Part shown: positions 8,042 to 16,807 of the stretch, in pieces
How the letters are laid out: every line of letters starts with the position of its first letter
How positions within the stretch are numbered: position 1 is the first letter of the stretch
The notes under the pieces: generated by a model
The model's database searches: none
What the model saw: only the letters and a program-made list of their open reading frames with translations
What the model was told of the DNA's origin: nothing
Assembly: GCA_039026655.1 (NCBI GenBank)
Contig: JBCCLY010000001.1
Location: 1-33,216 of the forward strand
Source: Cyanobacteria bacterium P01_C01_bin.38
GTDB taxonomy: Bacteria > Cyanobacteriota > Cyanobacteriia > Cyanobacteriales > Nostocaceae
Direction: 5' to 3'
Length of the DNA: 33,216 nucleotides
Program-made: the position numbers and the translations under genes

Positions 8042-10823
8042 CAGCAGTAAATGCAGCCCAGTAATAGGGCGAACTAAATGGTTTTTCCAGAGCCATCTTG
8101 TTAATTTGACGGCGTATTTTTCCTTTTTGGGTATTACTTAAAGGTAATTTCAAAGCAAGAAGCTGTAATTCTTGTTTGGTTGCAGAGCGTAACCAAAGTT
8201 GTGCTTTATTTAGAGCTAGCGATACTGACATATCTGTACCATCTTGCAAATTTTGAATCATTATTATCATCAAAAGGCAAGTTGATAAATCGTTTACTTT
8301 CCACAAACTACTTACCACGCTGCTACTACCTGCATAGATAAAGCCACTAGGTAAACCTATGTATTCATCGCTGAGACTGCTAGGGTCGATTAAACCCGTT
8401 TCGCAAGCAGAGAGAGTAATGAGAGGACATTGCTGAAAAGATAGTTCAAAAATTTCTGCTAAAGTCAATTTAGAATCTGCTAAAAATAAAGCTGACTCTA
8501 AGGGTGATGCGAAGTTAAATTCGCCATGACAAGAAAAATGACCGCAGTGAATAGACTCCAATTGCTGATAATTTTTGACTGCTTCTGTAGTAGCTGCTTC
8601 TTGAGCTAAAACGTCTGCATCTTTGAAGAAAGAACTGATGATTTCAACTTCTAAGTCAGCAAAAGCCAAGTCTTGCGTGGGGTTTTGGACAGCGAAGATT
8701 TTTTGTAAGTCTGGGAGTTGTCGATTTTGGACTATTTTTAGCAATTGACAGCTTGGAGCATATCTGACTCCACTTTTAAAGCAATCGAGCAAACAAGGAT
8801 TTACAGGAGCTTCACTGTTGTTATCTAGTTGATTAAACTGTAACCAGGTTTCTTGGTTAATAGGTAAACTCTGAAGAGGAAACAAATGTAAGAAGCGGTG
8901 GGGAATTAAAATTATCTGCTGAATGTTTTTAGGAATAAGTGAGAGAAGTTCGTCAAGATGCAATATTTCTTGAGAAAGTTTTTGTAGGTAGGAGGAGAGT
9001 TTTATATTCCACTGCTTTTTGTCTTGTTGGTAGGTTTTTAGGTATTCATCTAGCCAATTTTGTAGTTCTTTGAGGTCTTTTTGTGAAGATTGCCAATGGA
9101 TTATATTTTGTGAATCAGGAGTGATGACAAAAGATATCAATTTATCATGCACGATGTACCACATAATAATAGCGGTATGGGAATCTGGTAGAGATTTTTT
9201 AATATATTGGTATTGGATAGATTCTACTTTTTGAGTAAATTTAAAACTAGTATCTTTTTGATTGATTTCGTCTATTAGTTGATTTTTCTGCTGTTGTAAT
9301 TCATTTAATTCAAGGGATATAGTCTTGATTTCCGAGGCATATTTTTCTGAGGTATCTTGATTTCTAGCCAATATTTCTAATTGACGTTGTTTGGTTGAAA
9401 TAGTTTGTCGTAATTCGTCTAACTGTTGACAATGAATTTGGTAAATCGAAGGCTGGGAGTAAAAAGCTTGTTTGGGATAGAAGTTTTTATTAACCAGTGT
9501 TTCAACAAGATTGCGAGCTTTGTTGCGTTCTATATATTCTATAGCTTGTTCGTAGTTGCCCATTTGGATACAAATTTCCACCATATGTTGGTAGACATGA
9601 AACCATTCTCCAGCAAGCTTTTTCTTATCTTCTTCCATATCAGAACTAGAAACTATCTCGCCCCTCAAGGATTCTAATGTCTCAATTGCGGCTGCAAAAG
9701 CGTGATAAGCTTTATCAAGCTGCTGATTATATCGATAAGATATACCAATACCAATTTGAATTTTTAAATAGTTTTGAGGGAAAGTTTTACTAGTAAATAC
9801 CTTTAATGCATTTGTATAGTATTCGATTGAAGCTTTTAAGTTTTCTTTGCTGTTACCTTGCCTGCGATGAGCGTAAATACCACCCAAGTTTTTTTGAATA
9901 GAAGCCCAATGTTCTGGTTTTTCTTGAAAAGTGTAGAATTTTAAAGCATCATTAAAACACTTAATTGCCTCTGACAAATTATCTTCATTCTGCCCTTGAA
10001 TATAGTCAGAATAATAAGTAACACCCAGATTATTTTTGATTTTTGCCCAATATTCATTCTGGTTTTGGGAGGGGTGTATTTTTAAAACAGCTTTGTAACA
10101 ATCAATAGATGCTTGCAATTTATTTTGGTCGCGATAAGCAGCAGCTAAACTATTCATAATAGCTGCCCACTTATGGGGGTATGTTTGACGAGTTAAAACC
10201 TTTAAAGCAGCCTTATAAAAGCCGATAGCAACAGCTATATTATCTTCTTTTTTACCGCGTATTCGCGAGCGGTAGGCATTACCAAGATTAAATTGTAATT
10301 CAGCTTGTTCTTGTTGAGAGAATTGATGGCGAATGTATACCTGCAATGCTTCTGAATAACAGCTAATTGACTTTTCAATATTTTGGGATATTTCTCCCCG
10401 GATGCTTTCAAGATAAGCATTACCTAGATGATGTTTGGTTTGCGCCCATTCTTGTGGAAATTTTTGAGGAGTATATATATTCAATGCTTCTTCAAAACAC
10501 GGAATTGCATCCGCAACTGTCTTACCAGGAATTATTCCCTGACAAGAGTAAAGACCCATCATCACCAAACGTTCTGCTTTTCTGAGGGGAGTATTTTTAG
10601 TTCTCGGTAAGATTTGCTGTTGGATAAGCTTGATTAAAAATTCAGCTTGTTCTCGATTTCCCTCCTGTAGCAAATCTTTTACCACCAACTCCATAACATC
10701 GATTAAGTTACGATTGACTAATTCCGAATTGTCATCTAGGATTTGGTTGACTTCTTGGGAAGTAGAACAATTGAGCAACTTCTGAATTAGACTTGGATAA
10801 TTGTTACAGTGATTTTCATTCAT
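8031..10823 (-). CDS. TPR-repeat + CHAT (caspase-like) protease
   Basis: Multiple TPRs (W A.. .nnLG.AY...A I..Y..AL); CHAT domain with intact dyad motifs HFSCHG and LSACETG; ends PYYWAAF. Confidence 0.93.
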   Translation of the reverse strand: MNENHCNNYPSLIQKLLNCSTSQEVNQILDDNSELVNRNLIDVMELVVKDLLQEGNREQAEFLIKLIQQQILPRTKNTPLRKAERLVMMGLYSCQGIIPGKTVADAIPCFEEALNIYTPQKFPQEWAQTKHHLGNAYLESIRGEISQNIEKSISCYSEALQVYIRHQFSQQEQAELQFNLGNAYRSRIRGKKEDNIAVAIGFYKAALKVLTRQTYPHKWAAIMNSLAAAYRDQNKLQASIDCYKAVLKIHPSQNQNEYWAKIKNNLGVTYYSDYIQGQNEDNLSEAIKCFNDALKFYTFQEKPEHWASIQKNLGGIYAHRRQGNSKENLKASIEYYTNALKVFTSKTFPQNYLKIQIGIGISYRYNQQLDKAYHAFAAAIETLESLRGEIVSSSDMEEDKKKLAGEWFHVYQHMVEICIQMGNYEQAIEYIERNKARNLVETLVNKNFYPKQAFYSQPSIYQIHCQQLDELRQTISTKQRQLEILARNQDTSEKYASEIKTISLELNELQQQKNQLIDEINQKDTSFKFTQKVESIQYQYIKKSLPDSHTAIIMWYIVHDKLISFVITPDSQNIIHWQSSQKDLKELQNWLDEYLKTYQQDKKQWNIKLSSYLQKLSQEILHLDELLSLIPKNIQQIILIPHRFLHLFPLQSLPINQETWLQFNQLDNNSEAPVNPCLLDCFKSGVRYAPSCQLLKIVQNRQLPDLQKIFAVQNPTQDLAFADLEVEIISSFFKDADVLAQEAATTEAVKNYQQLESIHCGHFSCHGEFNFASPLESALFLADSKLTLAEIFELSFQQCPLITLSACETGLIDPSSLSDEYIGLPSGFIYAGSSSVVSSLWKVNDLSTCLLMIIMIQNLQDGTDMSVSLALNKAQLWLRSATKQELQLLALKLPLSNTQKGKIRRQINKMALEKPFSSPYYWAAFTAVGK

Positions 10824-10968
10824 TTTACGTGATTATCAGTATTATTTTCTGCGAAAATTAATCGTGCTGAACAGGTAATGTCGGTTATTTAAACCCACAT
10901 TTACTCCCGTTCTGCTCTAAGATTTCCTATAGAATTTATCCCTTTCTCTCTTTTTCTCTCCCTCAATC

Positions 10969-11628
10969 CTAAAACTTGCCAAAGTCATAGATTGCATGTA
11001 TATCGTTCGTATAGTTAGGGTTTGCTAAGTAACTGTAAGGGACGTAGCAGTATCCATTATTACCCCAGCTTTGTCCCCAAGAATTGCGGACGATAAATAC
11101 TTGATATTGCTCAAAGTAACCCACGCATAGCATCGCGTGACCGCTTAACTGTAGACGAGGATTCGGCATAGCAACCCGACCAGATTTATCTACTTGGTGA
11201 AAAGACTTGGGTATCTTCAGCCCAAAGACAAAGGGATAGCGTCGTGCTAAACAAGATTTCAGTGTATTGAGGTTTACAGAAAGTTTTTGTGAGCTTTTGA
11301 GTCGATAGTTGCGTGCCTCAGTGTAAGCTTGCCGTGAGGGTGCAGCATTAAGGTGTTGAGAAGTGTAAGGCCAAGTTCGCTCAGTACAGATACCATGCTC
11401 TTTAGCCATTTGAATAGCTGTAGATATAGAACTGGCTGTTTGGCGACCATCACGCCAGCGTGCAAGGTAGTATAAAAATAAGCGGCTGAAGTCTATATGT
11501 CTACGAAATTTTAGGTATGATAGGTACTCATAGGCTCCAACGATAGCATTAGTGGTACAACTGCTAACTTGTCCTTGATGTTCTATAGGAGACATCCAAT
11601 TGCGTAGGTCAATACTGTTATTTGCCAT
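10969..11628 (-). CDS. C1 (papain-like) cysteine peptidase
   Basis: DLR..., QGQVSSC (Gln/Cys), GHAMLCVGY (His), RNSWG..WG..GY (Asn). Confidence 0.92.
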   Translation of the reverse strand: MANNSIDLRNWMSPIEHQGQVSSCTTNAIVGAYEYLSYLKFRRHIDFSRLFLYYLARWRDGRQTASSISTAIQMAKEHGICTERTWPYTSQHLNAAPSRQAYTEARNYRLKSSQKLSVNLNTLKSCLARRYPFVFGLKIPKSFHQVDKSGRVAMPNPRLQLSGHAMLCVGYFEQYQVFIVRNSWGQSWGNNGYCYVPYSYLANPNYTNDIHAIYDFGKF

Positions 11629-12006
11629 ATAATCTTCTTGTTTTAGTTGATATAAACATAAGTTGAGTATTTAAATCTGCGTTGCTCCCAGCTTGTGTTG
11701 TCGAGTTGTAAGGTAGAAAGAAGGGAGATAGCGATTGCAGTTCTATGTAACTCATCTATCGCCAGGTTTGAGTGTGATTGCTTCCCTCAGCAGGGTGATT
11801 GCTGATACCTCACAGGAAGGAGTAAGTGTTGTACTCCTTCAAAAAATCTCAACGTTTAATCTCGTAAGGTTTTGGTTTCAAAAAGTGGTTAATTGAGTTC
11901 TCAAGAAAAGCAGAGAGCAGAAAGCTAAAAGCACCCATATATTCTGCTCTCTACCTAGAATCCAGTAAGGGGAGTAAGGATTTAAACACCCATGCCGACA
12001 TCGGTT

Positions 12007-12207
12007 CTACTTGCGGCTCTTGAAGTATTCGCCAACTACGTAGCAACCACCAACAATGCCTATAGCCCCTATTGCATAGGGTAAAGCAGCTGTGGTAGCG
12101 GCTACCGTTGCAGTACCAGTAACAGCATTCCAAGATACTGCTAGTACGGCAGTTGTTGGAATAGCTAGGTTGTTTACTACATTTGCGATTTTGTCTTCAG
12201 ATGACAT
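12007..12207 (-). CDS. small hydrophobic Ala/Thr/Gly-rich protein
   Basis: 66 aa; RBS AGAGGAAAG before the ATG; TM-like AALPYAIGAIGIVGGCYVVG; motif copy E upstream. Confidence 0.7.
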   Translation of the reverse strand: MSSEDKIANVVNNLAIPTTAVLAVSWNAVTGTATVAATTAALPYAIGAIGIVGGCYVVGEYFKSRK

Positions 12208-12256
12208 AGACTTTCCTCTATCTGTCGTGTTTAGAGAAATTCCTTCAGGGATTTCT

Positions 12257-12294
12257 TCTACTTATAATTAGTTAAATCTCAGTCATTTTTCTGC
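12257..12294 (-). promoter_or_regulatory. bipartite motif copy E
   Basis: GCAGAA-N14-TAACTAAT-tata-AGTAGA. Confidence 0.65.
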
Positions 12295-12348
12295 AATTTT
12301 TTTTTGCAACACTCCTCAAAAGTAAAAGGAGCGGATATAAACCGCTAG

Positions 12349-12480
12349 CTAGTAGTTCACCAAACAAACTTTGCGGGGTGTATTATGCAAGCTAAAATTG
12401 TTTTCTCCCCCTGCTTCCTCTGCTTTCCCTGCTCCCCCTCCCTGCCCTCACCCGGCAATTTTGGCTTGTGAGAGTACTAG
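12349..12480. mobile_element. MITE-like element with internal pyrimidine-rich short tandem repeats
   Basis: Imperfect TIRs CTAGTAGTTCACCAAACAAACTTTGCGGGGT / ACCCGGCAATTTTGGCTTGTGAGAGTACTAG; internal CCCCTGCTT-like repeats. Confidence 0.5.
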
Positions 12481-12522
12481 GCTCAACGCCGCTCTCAATT
12501 GGGACGTTAGGGGTTCGCCGGA

Positions 12523-12552
12523 CTGCACGCTTGTTCAGGAACAAGCGTGCAG
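12523..12552 (-). terminator. perfect hairpin just 3' of the 103-aa gene
   Basis: CTGCACGCTTGTTC-AG-GAACAAGCGTGCAG (14-bp stem). Confidence 0.55.
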
Positions 12553-12565
12553 ATGTGACGGCAGT

Positions 12566-12877
12566 TTATCCAGTAATATTTACTAGAATTATTTGGTTCT
12601 TTCTAAGGAATTTGTATTGCAAGTGGTAGCGTCTTCTGTTGACTTCGATAGTAACATGAGGATTGGGGTCTGCACCACGTCCGTTTCCTCCGAACCCACC
12701 AGAATGACCGCCAGCAGCGATGGCAAATTGTTTTCCAGCGTTGATTTGTTGGATTAGGTCTTTAGCCTTATCTCTGAGATTTCTATTGCTGCTTTTGCTA
12801 GCATCACTTAACAATGTTTTGACTTGTTTTTTGGTGACGTTGAACGCTAACCCAGAGAAGTTTGCTTTTTTCGTCAT
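12566..12877 (-). CDS. small basic hypothetical protein
   Basis: 103 aa; RBS AAAGGAGA; Gly-rich loop and DPNPHVT..YHL motif; motif copy F upstream. Confidence 0.75.
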   Translation of the reverse strand: MTKKANFSGLAFNVTKKQVKTLLSDASKSSNRNLRDKAKDLIQQINAGKQFAIAAGGHSGGFGGNGRGADPNPHVTIEVNRRRYHLQYKFLRKNQIILVNITG

Positions 12878-12924
12878 ATTGTCTCCTTTAGTTTTAGTTA
12901 ATTGAATTCTTTCAATTCGGTGTA

Positions 12925-12958
12925 TCTACTATTAGTCCGCAACAAGAAAAATTTCCGT
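12925..12958 (-). promoter_or_regulatory. bipartite motif copy F
   Basis: ACGGAA-N14-GGACTAAT-AGTAGA. Confidence 0.55.
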
Positions 12959-13205
12959 TTGAACAAATTTCTACTTTTAGAAAAGGGGAGCAACAATAAA
13001 GAGTGAGGGAGTGAGAGAGTGAGGGAGAGGTAATTGAATGGGGTTTTGACCCCAACCAATTACTAGCACTCCAACTGACGATGGGATTTTACACCCAAAA
13101 GTCTTGATAAAAATGGAAAGGTTTTCTCAAATCTCTACTTTTATGTATGATTGAAAAGGCTGCACTATACGAACTTTTTCAATTCCCTTGATGCTCCCCT
13201 ACTGC

Positions 13206-13325
13206 TTACATTTGACCTTTTACTTTAGCCAAAACGTCTTGAGTAAATTGCATCACTTTATCTCGAAAAATAACTAGTAAAGCACCTAGCATTAAACCAG
13301 CAATGAATGTCACCATTGTCAACAT
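13206..13325 (-). CDS. 39-aa single-TM microprotein (not in the ORF track)
   Basis: MLTMVTFIAGLMLGALLVIFRDKVMQFTQDVLAKVKGQM*; RBS GGAGAG; motif copy G about 30 bp upstream. Confidence 0.65.
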   Translation of the reverse strand: MLTMVTFIAGLMLGALLVIFRDKVMQFTQDVLAKVKGQM

Positions 13326-13355
13326 AATTTTTTCTCTCCGTTGGATTCGATGTTT

Positions 13356-13393
13356 TCTACTTTTAATTAGTCAGGTAAGAGGGGTTTTTCTGC
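13356..13393 (-). promoter_or_regulatory. bipartite motif copy G
   Basis: GCAGAA-N14-TGACTAAT-taaa-AGTAGA. Confidence 0.65.
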
Positions 13394-13421
13394 CTTCACT
13401 AAGATATGAAGGCATATGCAG

Positions 13422-13634
13422 CTAAATACTTTGAGAACCTGTTGGAGGACTAGATTGCCCACTCCGAAATGTGCCTACTTCAACTCTATTTCGTGAAACT
13501 TCATTAGTTTGTGCAAAGTGACTTATAGCATCTCTAGTAAACCTAGGACCATCAGAGTGGTTATGTTGTCGATATCTGCGATGATAATTTTGTGAGACTC
13601 TACCATACCTGAAAGTTTGTACGTAATATGGCAT
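13422..13634 (-). CDS. 70-aa Arg/His-rich hypothetical protein (start revised from 13733)
   Basis: AAGGAG RBS precedes MPYYVQTFRYG; the upstream in-frame start lies at the edge of motif copy H. Confidence 0.7.
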   Translation of the reverse strand: MPYYVQTFRYGRVSQNYHRRYRQHNHSDGPRFTRDAISHFAQTNEVSRNRVEVGTFRSGQSSPPTGSQSI

Positions 13635-13694
13635 AAATTTCTCCTTACAGAATATACTTTGGAATGAAGGTAAGCTCGCGTATGTTTGCTTCTC

Positions 13695-13731
13695 TCTACT
13701 ACAATTAGTCAAATCTCCAACATTTTTCTGC
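13695..13731 (-). promoter_or_regulatory. bipartite motif copy H
   Basis: GCAGAA-N14-TGACTAAT-tgt-AGTAGA. Confidence 0.65.
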
Positions 13732-13935
13732 ATTACAGACAGAAGTTAAGTTATGTTTTTATAAAAACAAGAAAGCTTTGTCATTACCGAAATTCCCGAT
13801 TGTTTTTCTATCCACCTTCCTACTTCCCTTAATCGTGAATAAAATTCATCATTTCCTTGTTGAGTTTTTTTTCGGAATTTCTGACTAATTATTTTTAGAG
13901 AACAAGGCAATGCAATTAATGCTGGCTTAATGTCT

Positions 13936-13973
13936 TCTAAAATTAGTTAGTCAACCAGACACAACTTTTCTGG
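13936..13973 (-). promoter_or_regulatory. bipartite motif copy I
   Basis: CCAGAA-N14-TGACTAAC-taatt-TTAGA. Confidence 0.5.
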
Positions 13974-14024
13974 ATTCACAAATGATTTTTTTTAGAAAAA
14001 TAATCTTACACAGGAGAAATAACA

Positions 14025-14549
14025 ATGTTGGAAACAAATTCCGAACAATTCAAGAAAACATCATTTACAATCCCCCTCGGTACTAAAGCACACGAACTTG
14101 CTCGTAAATGTAGCCAAGCTGTCTGCAATACTGATAAAGATAGGAACAAAGTAGAGCGAGTATATCTCAACAGCTTGGCTGTGTATGCGGTTGATTTTTA
14201 CTTAAATTTTCTGGGATTTGAAACTGAATTAGAAGAGAGCAACAGTCAAGATAAATTGATGCTGCAATTCTTAATCGAAGCGGATTTACCAGTGAAGAAT
14301 ATCGGTAGATTTGAATGTATTCCTGTAGAAGAAAATACCGAATATTACGAGATTTCACCAGAAGTAAGCTGCGATAGAATTGGGTATATTATTGTTAAAT
14401 TGAATGCATCGCAAAGGGAAGCAGTAATTTTGGGGTTTACTAAAACATATAAACCATCAGTTCATTTGAATCAATTACACTCAGTGGACGATTTAATTGA
14501 TTATTTAAGCGATAAGGAAGAAGAATTTGCAGCAAAAAATGTTCCTTAG
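14025..14549 (+). CDS. DUF1822-family protein (short, N-terminal part only)
   Basis: ERVYLNSLAVYAVDFYL, ADL.VKNIGRFECIPV, PEV..DRIGYIIV.L...A.ILGF; RBS AGGAG. Confidence 0.8.
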   Translation: MLETNSEQFKKTSFTIPLGTKAHELARKCSQAVCNTDKDRNKVERVYLNSLAVYAVDFYLNFLGFETELEESNSQDKLMLQFLIEADLPVKNIGRFECIPVEENTEYYEISPEVSCDRIGYIIVKLNASQREAVILGFTKTYKPSVHLNQLHSVDDLIDYLSDKEEEFAAKNVP

Positions 14550-14626
14550 TGCTGGAACATTTTTTTCTGCTGCTTTACTACGGCGACAGACAAAGTTTAT
14601 AATCTGGATGAGTAATACTTTATCAA

Positions 14627-14898
14627 TTTACCTCCCGTGCTGGCTGTGGGATGCTTGCTGTATAAGGGTTTTTACCCGTGCTAACTGACCGTGCATTGGT
14701 GGTGCTATTACCAATAATGCCCGTGTTTTCTCAACAATTCCGATATTATTCTCAACAACCCCCATCCGAATATTTTTTGCTCCTTAGTTTACCTCCCGTG
14801 CTGGCTGTGGGATGCTTGCTGTATAAGGGTTTTTACCCGTGCTAACTGACCGTGCGGTGGTTGTGCTATTCTCAATAATGCCCGTGTTTTTCTCAACA
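14627..14898. repeat. ~110-bp direct repeat x2 (14627-14736, 14788-14898) with internal CCCGTGCT iteron-like units
   Basis: The first ~68 bp are identical in both copies; the second copy lies inside the 3' end of the helicase gene. Confidence 0.85.
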
Positions 14899-16451
14899 GT
14901 TAAGCCATTTTGATTTTGCTCCGCTTCGTTGCGCTCATGTGTAGAAATACCTTTTAAAGCTGGAATTGGGCGTTTTCTCCCGTGAATTGGGTGGGGTACT
15001 GTAGTTCTTTTAGCATCGGGGAATACTTCCAGAAATCTAGGGATTACTTGGTTAATAGCTTTGACATTTTTATCAGAAGCTGAGGTTTGGTCAAACCATA
15101 CTCTCTTGTTGTTATCATCAATCACCAGGTATCCGTTGGTTTTATACCAGTCTTCCAACAGTTTAAATATTTTGCTAGCAGAAACAACCTCCGATTCATC
15201 AGATACAATTCCAAAATCGGAACAGAATTGGAATAAGTGGTTATTTGCTTGCTGGATATTTTTGAAAGCTGTTTCCGTACAGCTATAATCAATGCCCCTA
15301 TCGCATAAGTCAGTTAAAGAAGAGAGCATTTTATTTAGAAATGCTGGTGCGACATCGTTTGCGATAAAGTCTTTGTCATATACAAAACGCGAATCTGCTA
15401 GTAATTCATTGGGATTGTTGGGATTGGGAGATGTTTTAAAGACTTTGCGAAACTGTACAATGGCAATACGGTCAATAATTGCCTGTAATTTTCTCTCTAA
15501 GTTTGGTGAAGAGTTGATATTAAAGAAACCAGTCGCTGTTGGGGTGAATTCAATATGGTCTTTTCCTTTCCTTTCTGAGTGTAATTTGTCTCCCGTAGCG
15601 AAAACCTTTAAGGACTGGATTGTATCAATTTTATCGACTTGAGGGTTTTCTGAAGCCCAATTAATCCGGCTTCCCTTCAGTGCAGATAAGTTAAATTTGC
15701 GACCTTTATCGTAAGCTGCAAAATCTCTGAGAGAGCAAGATGTCATTCCTGTATCACCGAAGATAGTTGATACAACTCTTCTTAACGCATCTTTACCATT
15801 ACTACCGGAACCGCACAGCAGTAATAATTTAACTTCTCGTCCTCTTAATTTCCTGACTTTGGGTAAGTCAATTGATGCTGCGACATTGCGTAGAAAGACT
15901 TCCCGCTCTGGTTCATCTAAACATTTTAAAAGGCGATCGCACTCTTTGGGGTCGGCATTTTTATCGTAAGCAACTAATGGGGGGTAAGTGTAGTAGTATT
16001 TGGTTGGGTCATGTTTGATGAGTTGGGGTAAAGGGATATTGCCTTCCCAATTAATTATTAGTATCCCGTTAGTGCAGTTAATTCCCGGTGGATTGATTTT
16101 ATCTGCGGACACTGTAACTAAGTTTTTCTGAAGCTTGAGTATTTCCTCAACAGTACGAGTACTAGCATAGGGATATTTTAGTTCGCCGTTTTTGAACTCT
16201 GGGGGATATCTCCAGCAGTATTGTTGGATTTTACCTATCAAATGCTCGTCTGGAACCTTTTTGTAATATTTATCTTTTTCTTGCCATTCGTACAAGTTGT
16301 CATCAATACAAATCCAATGGTTGTTACCGAAGAAATGTTTGATTGCAATATGATAAAAACTTCCTTCTTGTTGTTGCATTTTTAACTTGGGTTTTATTGG
16401 CAAATCTTGTGAGTCTTCAGAAGAATAAATTGGAAGTAAAATTGGATGCAT
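14784..16451 (-). CDS. phage/plasmid P4/D5-type primase-associated SF3 helicase (no obvious N-terminal primase domain)
   Basis: INCTNGIL (D5_N-like), Walker A GSGSNGKD, RINWASEN, TGD.LHSERKGKD, RIAIVQF.KVF. Confidence 0.8.
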   Translation of the reverse strand: MHPILLPIYSSEDSQDLPIKPKLKMQQQEGSFYHIAIKHFFGNNHWICIDDNLYEWQEKDKYYKKVPDEHLIGKIQQYCWRYPPEFKNGELKYPYASTRTVEEILKLQKNLVTVSADKINPPGINCTNGILIINWEGNIPLPQLIKHDPTKYYYTYPPLVAYDKNADPKECDRLLKCLDEPEREVFLRNVAASIDLPKVRKLRGREVKLLLLCGSGSNGKDALRRVVSTIFGDTGMTSCSLRDFAAYDKGRKFNLSALKGSRINWASENPQVDKIDTIQSLKVFATGDKLHSERKGKDHIEFTPTATGFFNINSSPNLERKLQAIIDRIAIVQFRKVFKTSPNPNNPNELLADSRFVYDKDFIANDVAPAFLNKMLSSLTDLCDRGIDYSCTETAFKNIQQANNHLFQFCSDFGIVSDESEVVSASKIFKLLEDWYKTNGYLVIDDNNKRVWFDQTSASDKNVKAINQVIPRFLEVFPDAKRTTVPHPIHGRKRPIPALKGISTHERNEAEQNQNGLTVEKNTGIIENSTTTARSVSTGKNPYTASIPQPAREVN

Positions 16452-16666
16452 AGCTTATATTTTCCAAAGATAATTGATGCCAAAATTTGTTATTTGTAGG
16501 GATGAATAGTGGTGCGTCTGTATTTGAGTAACTGTTTATTAAGACGCACTCAATATTCTATTAACGTAGCGAGAACTTAAGTATTGAAAAGGCTTCAAAA
16601 AACTCAACTATCTTCATCGTTTAACTGATAACTGATAACGCCAAATGACCGTTTAAGAGTAAATTC

Positions 16667-16735
16667 TAGCCAAGCTGTATGCAATCCTGACAAGGATGCG
16701 GGTAAAGTAAAGCGAGTATATTTCAATAGCTTGGC
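16667..16735 (+). pseudogene. 69-bp relic of the DUF1822 coding sequence
   Basis: 57/69 identical, ungapped, to 14111-14179. Confidence 0.75.
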
Positions 16736-16807
16736 ATTGATTATTCAAGTGCAAGGAATCAAAAAAGACAACGAATATCAACAGTTAGAATAGGAACATT
16801 ACGCCTA

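Noticed and set aside
10824-10852. GCAGAA upstream of the CHAT gene as another motif copy
   Set aside because: No ACTAAT box at the 14-bp spacing.
13635-13733. N-terminal extension of the 103-aa ORF
   Set aside because: It spans motif copy H, and a strong RBS supports the start at 13634.
15933-15940. HIP1 octamer GCGATCGC; apparent scarcity in the window as a sign of foreign origin
   Set aside because: Only one copy noticed by eye; without an exact count and the host baseline this cannot be supported.
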